A DNA stretch of 64,000 nucleotides from Chiloscyllium plagiosum. Taxonomy: Eukaryota. The translations under genes were made by a program, and so were the position numbers. Positions 24,600-37,539 of this stretch are shown here, piece after piece; within the stretch, counting starts at the first letter, position 1, and each line of letters opens with the position of its first letter. Where the stretch lies: positions 36,993,417 through 37,057,416 of the forward strand of contig NC_057719.1 of NCBI RefSeq assembly GCF_004010195.1, given 5' to 3'. The notes below the pieces were generated by a model. The model saw only the letters and a list, made by a program, of their open reading frames with translations. It was not told the origin of the DNA and did no database searches.

Positions 24600-27500
24600 T
24601 AAGTCACAAGCCATTTATCAATAAATAGTCCATTTAGGTACCAGTGATATAGGTAGAAAGAGGAAAGACAATCTGCTGAGGGAATATGAACAGCTAGGGA
24701 CTAGATTTAAAAGCTAAACTAAAAATGTAATAATCTCTAGATTACTACCTGAGCCATGAGCAACTAGGATTAGAGATAAATGTGTGCCTCAAAAATTAGT
24801 GTGGGAGAAATTGCTATGAATTCATGGGACATTAGTATCAGTAATGGGGAAGAAGGGGGCTGCTCCAATGAGACAGACACTGCCTGAATCTTGCTGGGTC
24901 CAAAGTCTCAGAGAATCGCCTAACTAGGGCTGTGGATTGGGGTTTAAAGGAAACAGTGAGGGGTGGGAGGTGGGTTCGGTTGTATGGGTAATTATGGAAA
25001 AAGTTAAGGCGGGGAAGGGGTCAGCAGAGTTCAAAGTTTCCAGAACAAGTAACAGGACAGAGAAAATGGAAAAATTCAGGAATCTAACTTTAGGCACAGC
25101 AGATAAGTAGACAACGATGAAAATTGGGGGTCAGTCAATGTAGGACAGAGGGTGTTGTACTTAAATGCATGCAAGGTATACAAAACAAGATAGGCACAAG
25201 TGAGAAATGGCATGACAAACAAGCTAAATGAGTTTGTAGCGCAGATTGAAATTGGCAGGTACGTGTTGTGGGTGTCACAGAGAATTAGCTACAAATGGAT
25301 CAAGAATGGGAACTAAATATCCAAGGATACATGTCCTACTGAATGGATAGGTAGATGGGCAGGGGGGGCAGGGTTGTCTTGTTTGTAAGAAATGAAATGA
25401 AGTGAGAAGGAGTTCGAAGACACAGAGTCAGTGTGCGCAGAAATCACAAAGGGAAAAACCCTTGATGGATCCTAGCTGCCATTAGGATATGGAGAAGAAA
25501 ATAAATCAGGAGATATATGAAAGACAATATTACAATAATCATGGAGGACTGGAATATGCAGGTGTACTGGGAAAGTCAGGTTGGTAGCACAGTTCAAGGA
25601 AAGAAATTTGTGGAATGCTTGTGAGATTTTTTTAAAGCAACTTATAGTACAGCTCTCAAGGGAACAGGCAATTCTGGATTTAGGTTGTGTTATGAGGCAG
25701 ACTTCATTAGTGAGCTGAAAGTGAAAGAACCTTTAGGTCAGTGACCATGACAGAATTCACTTTGCGGTTTGAAAGGGAGAAGATTGACTCAGATGTACCT
25801 GTATTACAATTGAGTAAATGTAACTACAAAGACACGAGGGAGGAGCTGGCCAGAGTTGATTGGAAGGGGAGACTATCAGGGAAGATGGTGGATCAGCAAT
25901 GGCAGGGGTTTCTGGGTTAATTTGGGAAGTACAGTAAAATTCATCTTAAAGAAGAAGAAACATATTAAGGGAGGATGAAGCAACCTGGCTTACTGGTGAA
26001 ATCAGAGACAACCAGAAAACCATGAGTAAAAAACAAGGAAGAGCCCATGAGGTGAAGTTTAGTGGGAAGCCAGAGGATCATGAAATCTTTAGAAACCAGC
26101 AAAGGATAACTAAAGAAGCAACAGGGGGCGAGAAGATGAACTATGACAGGAAACTAGCTAGTAATGTAAAAGAAGATTGAATGAGTTATTTTTCTAATAT
26201 TTAAAAGGTAAGAGGTAGGCAAGAGTGGACAATGGATCATTGGAAAATGAGGCTGGGTAAAGTAGAAATGGGGAACAAATGTCCTCAGAAATAAGGACAG
26301 GAAAATGGCTAATGTAAAACCCCTGTTTAAGAGGGAAGGGAGGCAGAAGACAGGAAACCACAGGCCAGTTAGCCTGACCTCGATCGTTGGTAAGATTTCA
26401 GAGTCCATTATTAAGGATGAGATTGCAGAGTACTTGAAAGTGCATAGTAAAATAGAATGGAGTCACCACGGCTTCATCAATGGAGGCCATGAGGCCATAC
26501 TTGACAAATCTTTCAGAATTCTTTGAGGAAATAATGAGCAAGTTAGACAAAGGAGAGCCAGTGGACGTGATCTATTTGGATTTCCAGAAGATGTTTGATG
26601 AGGCGCTGAATAGGAAGTTGCTGAATAACAGCAGAGCTCCTGGTATTAGGGGCAAGGCACTGGCATGGATAGAGGATTGGCAGAGAATAGGGACATAGGG
26701 GTCTTTTTCAGAATGGCAGCTGGCAACTAGTGGAGTTCCTGCAGAGGTCAATATTGGGACCACAACTATTCACATTATACATTAATGATCTAGACAAATG
26801 AACGAAGGGCATTGTTGCTAAGTTTGCAGGTGACAAAAAGGTAGGTGGAGGGACAGGTAGTGTTGAGGAAACAGGGAGACTGCAGAAGGACTTGACAGGC
26901 TAAGCGAGTAACTTGTTATTCACTCATGGGATGTGGGCATCACTGACTGGCACTGATTGCCAGCATTTATTGCCAATCCGTAACTACCCAAAGGGCACTT
27001 GAGAATCAACCACATTGCTGTGGCCTGGAGTCACATGTAGGTCAGACCAGGTAAGGATGTCAGTTTCCTTCCCTAAACTACATTAGTGAACCAGATGTTT
27101 TTTCCGACTGTCAACAATGTTTTTGTGGTCACTATTTGACTCTTAATTCCAGATTTTTTTTATTGAATTCAAATTCCACCATCTGCTGTGGCAGGATTTG
27201 AACCCAGGCTCCAAGAACATGACCTGAATTAATAGTCTAGCAATAATATTACTGAGCCATCACTCCCCTTTATGAGTGTGCAAAGAAGTGGTAGATGGAA
27301 TACAACGTGGAGAAGTGTGAGCATATGCACTTTGGTAGATAGAATAGAGGCATAGACTATTTCCTAAATAGGGAAAAGCTTCAGAAATCTGAAGCACAAA
27401 GGGACTTGGGAGTCCTGTTCAGGATTCTTTTAAGGTTAACATGTAGGTTCAGTTGGCAGTTAGGAAATTAAATACAATATTAGCATTCATTTCAAGAGGA

Positions 27501-28090
27501 CTAGAGCACAAAAACAGAAATGTCTGTTGTATGAGGTTCTGGTCAGACCACATTTGGAATATTATGGGCAGTTTTGGGCACTGTATCTAAGGAAGGATAT
27601 ACTAGCATTGCAGGGGACCCAGAGGAGGTTTGCAAGAATGATCCCAGTGATGAAGAGCTCATCATATGAGGATGTATTCGATGGAGTCTTGAAGAATGAG
27701 CGGGAAATCTGATTGAAACGTACAGAATACTGGGAGGCCTGGATAATGTAGATGTGGAGAAGATGTTTCCACTAGTTAAAGAAAACAGGGCCCAATGGCA
27801 CAGCTTCAGAGTACAGAGATAACCCTTTAGAACTGAGATGAGGAGGAATTTCTTCAGCCAGAGGACAATGAATCTATGGAACTCATTGCCGCAGAAGGCT
27901 GCTCAGGTCAAGCCATTGAGTTTATTTAACACAGAAATAGATAGGTTCTTGATTAATAAGGGATTAAGGGTTACGGGCAGAAGGCAGGGGAATGGGATTG
28001 AGAAACACATAAGCGATGATCGAATGGCAGAGTAGACTCGATGGGCCAAATGCCGAATTACACTCCTATATCTATTGGTCTTATGGTCTT
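24600..28090 (+). mobile_element. Long decayed CR1 LINE (ORF1 esterase-like end, endonuclease, RT, 3' UTR) with internal deletions
   Basis: HLGTSDIGRK-like ORF1 remnant near 24630. RT motifs PLFKREGRQKTGNHRPVSLTS and DVIYLDFQK. 3' tail near 28090. Confidence 0.85.
26915..27268 (-). mobile_element. Second SINE family, inserted in a CR1
   Basis: Minus-strand head gatggctcagtaatatt...gggttcaaatcc and core catctggttcactaatg..tttagggaagg. Related copies at ~31880-32110, 34620-34890 and 41070-41370. Confidence 0.7.
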
Positions 28091-29371
28091 AAAGTGTTGA
28101 TTCTAATTCTGTCTTGATCAATAGGACGAAATCCTCCTCTATCTGAAAACTCTGTACTTTGTATTAGAAATTACATCAAATGGTGATTACTTCTGCAGTC
28201 ATTTCCATAGCACAAAAGAGACAACATTTAGCACAAAATGACATTACTTACAAGACACAAGGGTGGTCCAGTTAGATAATAGAAAACTGTAAATTACTCT
28301 AGGCAGAGATTTGGTTTCTATGTTTAGTTTAAACATTGTAGAGAACTTTAATTTGCAATTAATCACCACACAACCTTGCAATATTACACAGTACACTTAT
28401 AAAAAGTTGACAATTTCCCAGCTTTCCAATACTAAATTCCACAGTTTTAAAATCAGGAAATTAACCATAAATAACATTCTAAAAACATAAATACATTCAA
28501 ATAGGAGTACAAGTATGTAATTTACCCTATTCAAGCCCCTGCACCTTTCAATAAGATTATGGCTGATCTCTTAGTTTTATGAATTCCACATCTCCAATTA
28601 CTTCTATAATCTTCCATCTTACAACAATCTATCTACCATCTTCTTAAAAAAGTGTTCAAAACCACCACCGTCACTATCTTTTGAAGGACAGAGTTCCAAA
28701 GCTGAACAATCTCCGTACCTCTGTCCTAAACAGGGAATACCTAAGTTTAAAACAGTGTCCCCTTGTTCTGCACTCACTCAAGAGAAAAGATCCTTTCTAT
28801 GTCAACCTTGTCAAGACTGTTCAGGATCTTATAACCAAGTTACTCCTTACTCTTCTAAACTGCAGTGGAAACAAGCCCAGTCTGTCCAACCCTCCTCATA
28901 AGACAACGTGCTCATTCTTATCATTAATCAAAACTGCCCTCACTGATGTGTCAAGTTTTTAATAGCAAAGTTATGATTTGTCTCAGGGTAACTGAATTAA
29001 ATGAGCAATTGAACAGCAAAATCAAACAAAGAACTATGGATGTTGAAAATCTGAAACAGAAACAGAAATTGCTGAAGAAACCAAGCAGGTTTGGCAGCAT
29101 CTGTGGGCAGAAAACAGAGTTAATGTCTCGAGATCCTGTCACTGGAATCTCTATTTTGGTTCAATTTTTTGCCACCACAGGAATCAAATTCTCAATGGGT
29201 AGGCTCATCAAATGCTGCCAATTGAGTTTCTTAAGTGGTCAATTAATGATCTCTTAAGTGCTTTTCATGCTACCACTGTAGATCATGCTGCTGAGGAGCA
29301 GGCAAGAAAAGTAATGGCCTTCCCCCTTGGTAAAATTAAGCAATCTGCCTGCTGGATTGGCCCATTCCATG

Positions 29372-29540
29372 TCAAAAAGTGTGGCTCTGGAAAAACACAG
29401 AGGGTCAGGCAGCATCTGAGGAGCAAGAGAGTCAATGTTTCGAGTGTAAGTTCTTCATCAGGAATGTCCTGATTCTCAGATGCTGCCTGACCAACTGTGC
29501 TTTTCCAGTGTCTCACTTTTTGACTCCGATCTCCAGCATC
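29372..29540. mobile_element. Older fold-back Penelope-terminus insertion
   Basis: Diverged inverted arms (ggtcaggcagcatctgag / ctcagatgctgcctgacc). Imperfect TSD tggcccatt..atg (29358-29371, 29541-29554). Confidence 0.7.
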
Positions 29541-32424
29541 TGCAGTCCTCACTTTCACCCTGGCCCATTGTATGGGTGACTATGGTCTCAGGTGGGGATG
29601 GCAAATGCTCATTGAAAGCCACACTTGCCTCCAAACCTCCAGATACCCTCCTCTCCCCATGACACCAATCCAATCCATACTTCTCCTTGGGAAAGTAACC
29701 CTCCTATTTGCTGCTTCTGGACTGTGGTGTTTCTGTGCCTCTAAAGCAGTGCTGCTGGTCACAGGAACCTCCAGCATCTGACAGACTGGCAGTTTTAAGC
29801 AGGGCAGGATATCACTGTAAAATTCACTGTAAAAGCCACTTAGGCTTAAAGTAAGTGCAAGGTAGATGCAAGATTTGGTCCACCTTCTTCAGACTGCATT
29901 TCAGGGGTGTCCACCATGTTCTGGTGCACATTTGCTGCACCTAATAAAGTTAGTTCTACCATTTGGGGTCCCATCTTATTTCTCTCTTCCTGCCCTGTTA
30001 GTGAAGGAAAGGAAGGGCTGAAACTTCTATAAATACCTTTTATGAGCCAGATAAGGTTGGTATTTGGTCTAATAATAGATATATTACTCCCAGCCTGCAC
30101 TAAAAATGCAGTGTGCATTGCAATCATTGGAATTCACCATTTGGCTCACATAAACTATCAGCTGTTTTGAAGATGTCACCAGTAATGCTGACGCTATGGG
30201 CCTAATCTTTCAGTGAATGGCAAAGTACACGCCTTTTTACAAGAGTTCAGCAAAGAACACAGCCCGACATAGTTTCTTTTGGCCATTAGTAATTCTGAGT
30301 TCAGCTTGATCATTTTAATTGCACAATACCTACACTGTCCATGCTACTGAGTGACTGTTGACATGTAGTACTAGTTTATTATTCAGAAAGTCATCAGAAT
30401 TTAAAGGAACACTCTACAGGCAGATTTGTAATCAGGATTCAGGGAACAGACATGGCAGCTAGCTCTGGGTCCCAAACCTGCACTCCAGTAATCTACAAAG
30501 TTTCAGCCAATCGACAGCCAGACAATACCTGCCACTGGAAGAGGGAGTTGTCACTCTTAACTTGGAAACATGGAGGAAGTCATTGGGAGCCATGGCTTCA
30601 AATCCCACCACAAGTAGAAGTGAGTTCATTTTATTTTAAAAGAAAAACTGTTTTATCATAATCTTGGGGGGGATTCTGGTGGGACAATACTTCCAGGGAC
30701 TGAAGAACAATGTGGGTCCAGGGAAGGAGGTCCTTCTCTTCTCTAATAAGCCTGTTCAGAAATGTTTCTACGTGCCTCAAGAGCTGAATGGACTTGAACA
30801 CAGGCCTCCTGGCTCAGAGGTAGGAACACTGCCACCACACCACAAGAGCCCTCAACAGACCTGACAGCATATACATCAGATTAATTCAAAGCCCCTAAGA
30901 CTACTCAGAGGTCTGAACTCACAATCTCATGTTTACAAGGCAGCTGCTTTAACCCACTAAGTCACAGTGATGTCTGCATTCAGTGAAGGAACAGGACCCC
31001 ATGGGTGTTTTCATTAACTCTAACTTGTCTCAATTGGCTACCTGCTGTTTGCCGATAATTTGACCCACACCAATTTTTCAAAATAACTCAAGGCCAGAAT
31101 CTTGGCTGGAAACTGATGGTAAAGCTGGCACTGCCAAATTACTGTCCTGCCCACCTCTTACCTCTTGCCATGACAAGTCCCTGCATTGGGAATAATGTTT
31201 AATACCTATTTGAAAAGGCAATGTTTGTGACACAGAACTTTGGGCTAACTGTGCATAAACACCCACATGGGAACAAGGATGCACCCAAAAGGACACTTTT
31301 AAATAAATGTCAGTCACTAAAATATGCTCAAGCATCTCCATAGAGCATACTGTGTATGTTCCTCGGTGTCAACAAATGCAACCTCATACAGCCTCCCATA
31401 GCTGACCTCTCCATCATGCAGCCATGTTCAGCAGCTTTCTAAGATGGATACGAGTCCAATAAAAGAAAATAAAGATTAGCATAATAGTGGGCTAGAAACA
31501 AAAGCAAAGTGAACATTGACATAGTTCTATTTCAGTCTTCACATTGTGTGGAGTTAACATTGGTGAGCAGAATGAAAACTTGCAAATTTTTCTATAATTA
31601 AGTATTTTGAAAATCACATTCAGAGTTGTATCTTCCTGTTGAAGATACTGACCCTGCTGTAAAAGGTAACAGATTAAAACATACAAAGGAGAAGACAATT
31701 CCCACAATATTGGGAAGTTAGAAAACATTTTTGCAGGAACTATATTAAGACAGTGGCAGCTATATCCACCTAAGATATTTTTTCAAAATGTCTTATTTGC
31801 AATATTTATACTTATACATTTCCATATTTTATTTTGATTTATGGTGGTTTTAAACTTCACGATTGACAATATGTGGTGCACAAATGGCTTAGGAGACATG
31901 GGTTCAACAACACAGTGGATGGGATTCAGTAAAGATCTGGAATGAAAAGTTAATCCAATGACCACCATATAACTATTGCTGATTTTTGTAAATAACCATC
32001 TGGTTCATTAATGCCCGTTAGGGAAGGATACGTGCTTTACTTACTTGATCTGGTAACTCCAGACCCATCATGATCAACTCTTACATGTCATCTGAAATGG
32101 CTTAGGAAGCCACTCTGTTGTATGAGACCACGACAAATTGCAAAGCACAGAGAGAAACCAGAGAGGCCACCCAGCATTGACCCAAGCATCGGAAATGAGC
32201 ATGACAAACCATGCTGTTGATCCTGCAAAGTCTTCCTCACCAACATCTGGGGACTTGTGCCAAAATGTGGAGAGTGGTCCCCAGGCTAGTCAATGTATGT
32301 ACGTTATGTTTCTGTGACTATGATGATATCCCAGCCCATTACTAGGTATCACCATACCTGGCAGCACTGTAGTATAGGTGGTGGAGGGGGGGTAGTGGTG
32401 GGGTGGTGGTGTGCTACAGTCAGA

Positions 32425-33490
32425 GTTTTGGAGTTGTACAGTACAGAAGAGGCCCTTCAGCTCATCAAATCTGCAATTACCTATCTACCCTTCCCAGCAC
32501 TTGGCCCATTGTCTTGAATGTTATGACATTTCATGTGCTCAACCAAGTGCTTTATAAAGTTGTGAGGTTTCCTACCTCAATTACCCTCCCAAGCAGTGCA
32601 TTTCAGACCCCTACCACCCCCAGGTAAAAAACATGTGTCTTAAATCCCCTCTAAAACTCGTGCCCTCCACCTTAAGATTTCGCTGCTTTGTTACTGACCC
32701 TTCAACTGAGGGGAAGAGCTGCTTCCAATCCACCCTGTCCATGCCTCTCATAATCTTATACAACTCAGTTAGGTCTCCCCTCAGCAAGGAAAACAGACCA
32801 AGTCTGTCCAGCCTCTGTTCATAGTTAAAATGCTCCACCCCAGACAACATCTTGATGAATCTCATCTGCAACCCCCTCCTTGCAATCACATCCTTCCTAT
32901 AGTGAAACAACCAGGACTGGACACAGTACTCAGACTGTGGCCCAACCAACGTTCTGTACAGCTCCAACATGACCTTCCTGCTCTTATAAACAGTGCCATA
33001 ATTGATAAAGATAAGTGTTCCATAAGCATTTATAACTACCTAACAACCTGTCATGCTGCCTTCAGGGATCAGTGGACAACGACCCCAACATTCCTCTCAT
33101 CCTCTGAGCTTCCTAGTGTCCTGCCATTCATTGAGTACTCCAATGTCTTGGTATTTCTTACACTTCACATGGCTAAGTTCAATCTACCACTGATCTGTCC
33201 ATCTGATCAAAACCAATTATATCTTCCTGTAACCTAAGACCTTCTTCCTCATTATTTACCACTGGCCAATCTTCATGTCATCTATAAGCTTACTTATCAG
33301 CCCCCACATTTTCATCTGTATTGTTTGCATAAATTACTAAACAATCAGGGACCTAGTACAGATCCCTATGGCATGCCAATAGACACCAGTCTCTGGAAAT
33401 GCAAAGACTTTTCTACCACCACCGTCTGTTTTCTCCCGCTATGCCTATATTGAATTTATTTAGCCAAGTTACCTGAGATCCTGTATGCTC
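32425..33490 (-). mobile_element. CR1-clade LINE 3' fragment
   Basis: ORF 32611..32970 reads LELYRTLVGPQSEYCVQSW...LRGDLTELYKIMRGMDRV. Confidence 0.85.
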
Positions 33491-33991
33491 CCTGTTGCCT
33501 GTCCTCAGCATTGACTCCAGACCCCATGAAGTGTTATGGCATGAGATCAAACATGGAAACATCTTGCTGATTACCTCCAACTAAGCTCATGGGTCTGTTG
33601 AATACTTTTCTCTATGAAGAACTTTCACTGGTTGGTGCAACCATGGTGGATGGCAATGGCACAGAATATATGCTGGGTGGGGATTCAATGTCAATCATCA
33701 AAAGTGCCTCAGCAGCACTAAGCACATTCTAAAGGACATAGTTGCTAGATTGGGCCTGTGGCAAATAGTGACAAAACCCAACAAGAAAAATAAAAACTTA
33801 TTTCCTCTTGTCCTCACCAAATTGGCGTAGGTGCATCTAAGTGGTACAGGCTGTGGGTTTAAAAGGTGTTAGGAAAGATTTGGTGAGTTATTACAAATTG
33901 TACATATAATGTATATGTATTGTACATAGCACACTGTGCACTAAGGGTGGAGGGAATGAATGTTTAAGTAATCAGGCTTTAGGTAATTAGT

Positions 33992-34205
33992 GCTGAAAAT
34001 GTGTTGCTGGAAAAGCGCAGCAGGTCAGGCAGCATCCAGGGAACAGGAGAATCGATGTTTCGGGCATAAGCCCTTCTTCAGGATAAGCCCTTCCTGAAGA
34101 AGGGCTTATGCCCGAAACGTCGATTCTCCTGTTCCCTGGATGCTGCGCTTTTCCAGCAACACATTTTCAGCTCTGATCTCCAGCATCTGCAGATCTCACT
34201 TTTTC
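33992..34205. mobile_element. Fold-back Penelope-terminus mini-element
   Basis: Inverted arms around 34083-34092. TSD ctttaggtaattagt (33977-33991, 34206-34220). Intact hammerhead core at 34094-34121. Confidence 0.88.
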
Positions 34206-35000
34206 CTTTAGGTAATTAGTAGCTGGGGTAATCGCTTTAGAATTCATACAATTATATTATTGGAGGTGATCATTGCCTGGCACTTAAGTGACATGAATGT
34301 TACTTCCACTTATCCTCGGCATGAATGTTGATCCAGTCTTGCTGCATGCAAGCACGGTCTGCTTCATTCCTGAACAGTTACCTGGGATAGAATACTGTGT
34401 AATCTTCAGCAAGCATCCTTACCTTTGGACTTATGATGGGAGGAGTGGCCTGCAGTGTAGATGTAGTAAGAAATAGATAGATTCTCAATCAGTAGTAGAA
34501 TCGAGGATTACAGGGAAAACACAGGAAAGTGGACCAACCATGATCCTATTGAATGATGGGGCAAGCTTGAATGGCCAAATAGCGTATTTATATTCCTATT
34601 TTGTATGGTCTTATTGTGGTTTGATACAGTTGAATGGCTTCCTGGGCTGTGGATCTGGAGTCATATGTAGGCCAGACCAGAAAAGGACAAAAGATACCTT
34701 TTCCTAGTGAACACTAATGGATCAGGTACGTTTTTGATAACGATCAATGTTAACTGTCATGGCCATCGTGGAGTTCTCAATTACAGAATTATTAATTGAA
34801 CTGAATTCCACCAGTAATGGAGAGAGGTGAACCACTTTTCTCATGGTATTAGTCTGGATTACAAGTCCAGTAACATTAACACAACATTGTCACTTCCCCC
34901 TTCCAATGGGCTTAACAATATTTAAGTGCTATTGTTAAGCACAAAATAAGCAAATTATGTGAATAATGATATTTCAGAAAGTGTCCAAAATGACTTTTAC

Positions 35001-35064
35001 CTTCTCTGTGCTTCCTGATCTTCAGGGGGTGGCCCATTCTGAACTTGACGCTGCACTGTCGGAC
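35001..35064 (-). CDS. EVL: Ena/VASP-like protein, exon after EVH1: (G)PTVQRQVQNGPPPEDQEAQR(R)
   Basis: Minus strand reads ctctag|GT CCG ACA...CAG AGA AG|gtaaaag; 64 nt, phase 1 to 2. Resembles mammalian EVL GPSSQRQVQNGPSPDEMDIQRR as recalled. Phase fits the next exon. Confidence 0.9.
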
Positions 35065-37539
35065 CTAGAGATCAGATCAAGCTGTTAATCTCTACCTTCA
35101 GTTCAACGGTTGACCATAACATCAAGTAGTCTTATAAAATGAAAATAAAACATAAACTAAGTTTGCAATTTCCATAGGCCATTTTCAAGACACCAAAGCT
35201 CAACTTTAAAAAGGGGGGAGTTTATCATAACACTAATATAATTAATATGCCTGGAAAGTCTAGAGACAAGATGGCCCGACTAATCTTAATAAGCAGGTCT
35301 CATGTAAACAAACGTTTTCAACACCTGACTAGATTCAGTACCTGCTGATGGGTGAGAATGAGAATTTGCAGGCAGGAGGCAGCAGTTGAAGATTTGTGGG
35401 AATGGGGACAGCAGCAGTGAATAAAAAGAAGGCTTACTGGGTAACCAGGGTTGTCCAACAGTACGCTGGGCCTCAGGTGCCTGAGGCTTGGGGGTAGGGG
35501 GTGCTAAAGAAATGGCAGCAAGAAAGAACTCATTGCTTATTCCCCAGGAAGTCAGATTGAAGGTTTAAGGTACTGCAGTCTTAATGGTGAAAACATCCTT
35601 AGGAAGGGACAGGTACAGAAAATCAGAATTGTGGTTTGCATAATGATGGGCATCTGTAATTAAATGTACATGAGGTATTTATTTGGCCAGTGTTGGATTT
35701 TCCCCTAGTTTAAGGTCACCAAGACAAGAAGTTCCACGTCCCTGAGAAGTGCCAGTTAATTCAAGGCCGTCAGTGCTATATTTAATTTCATGACAAGGTT
35801 CTCATGTTTTTCAGATTTGATTCCTCAAATTGATTGTGATTCTTCACAGAAAGATATTACCATTTTTACCCAGCAATTGAATTTGAAGCTGGTAGCTATT
35901 ATTGTTGTATCAGGAACTGGCCTGAAATAGTTAACTTGGAATATCTGGAATAGGTCTATCCACTGATACCTTTTATACAAATGAGTGTACAGGGAGGATC
36001 TAGTCAGGTTGGTGCAAGTTATTGTTGACCAGTTCTACAGTCTACAGCCATGTTGAATAAACCTATTTTAATACTTCCTAGCAGATAACCATGACGCTTA
36101 CTTAGTGTTAATGAAGTTAATATTGTTGTCACATTATGTTAATGAAACCTGTTGACTTACTATTATGTAATTAACTACTTTTTGTTCCTCAAGTACATGC
36201 CTCTTCTGCCAAAGACTTACTACTAGTTAATGTTTCACCACGTAATATTAGTGACCTCTGGAGACTAGTATTACAGGAAGGGTTGGTGACAGGAACTTGA
36301 CCCATAGAAGATCCTATCAGAACCTAATACATGCCGCAGGCATCTCCCTAAGAACATCGATATACACTCCACCTGTTTCAATACAACAAAATATGTGAAA
36401 GCCTTTTTCTAATTAATTTCTCAAGGCTCTGTCTTGATTAATCAGATTAAAGCTATATCATTTAAAATTTAAACAAAGCTTGGCAGTTAATTTCCAATCA
36501 ACATTAATTGAAACAGTCTTCATCGCAACACCTCTACCAATCACAGCCAACTACACAGCATGTTCCTCACTTACAGTATGAATATTGTTTCCCCTTTTTC
36601 TTGCTAATATCAATGGCAAGAAGAAAAGCTTAGATAAAACATTTTCAAAATATCCCCTGATGACTTAGTTTACATTTATCCTTCAAACAACATCATCAGA
36701 ACAAATTAACTGTCATTTACCCCATGGCTGCTGGTGGGCAGTTGCTAAATATAAATTGGGTGCCAAATTCACTTTCGTAAAAATGATAACACTTCACTCA
36801 TTACAAAAAGAATCCTTCCTTTCTTGCATAATTTAAAAATGTATTATGGACATGATGTTTGTATAGTGAAGCGCTCACATTTGCCATAAATGATAGATAC
36901 ATTTGTTTAATGGATCTGGTATTGATCAATACCTCAACAGTCCAAGAAGATGGGCACAGGAAAGCAAACAAATCTGGCCTGCACAGTAATGTTCACATCC
37001 TGCCTCATAGCTCCAAGGAACCCCGGTTCAATTCCAGGCTTGGGCAACTGTCTGTATGGAGTTTGCACATTCTGTCAGGTGTTCCGGTTTCTTCCCATAG
37101 TCCAAACATTATAAGTTAGATGGATTGGCCATGTTAAATTAACCATAGTGTTCAGGGATGTGTAGGTTAAGTGCATTAGCAGGGCTATAGGGATAGGGTA
37201 GGGGGATGGGTCTGGATTGGATGATTACCAGAGAGTTGGTGTGGACTTGTTGGGCCAAATGGCCTGTTGCCACACTGTGGTGATTCCATATTTTAAAAAA
37301 AGAATTAAAGCCACACCAACCTCTGACCATTCAGCAAATTGAACATTTATTTGCCTTTTAAGTTATGCCCAAGTTATAGTCTCATGCTATCCTTCTATTG
37401 GTAGAACAATTATTGTACCAGTTTGAAAGTTGCGTGCCTTACCATCATGCTAAATGGGATAAATATCAAAGAATGCTGGCATGAAGTAGTATGAATTATT
37501 AGAAACATAATTGTATTTGACACAATTTAACCCCAGCAA

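Noticed and set aside
2688..35064. Calling the gene ENAH or VASP
   Set aside because: There is no LERER repeat, and the FAB and downstream exons match the recalled EVL sequence better. Orthology still needs a phylogeny.
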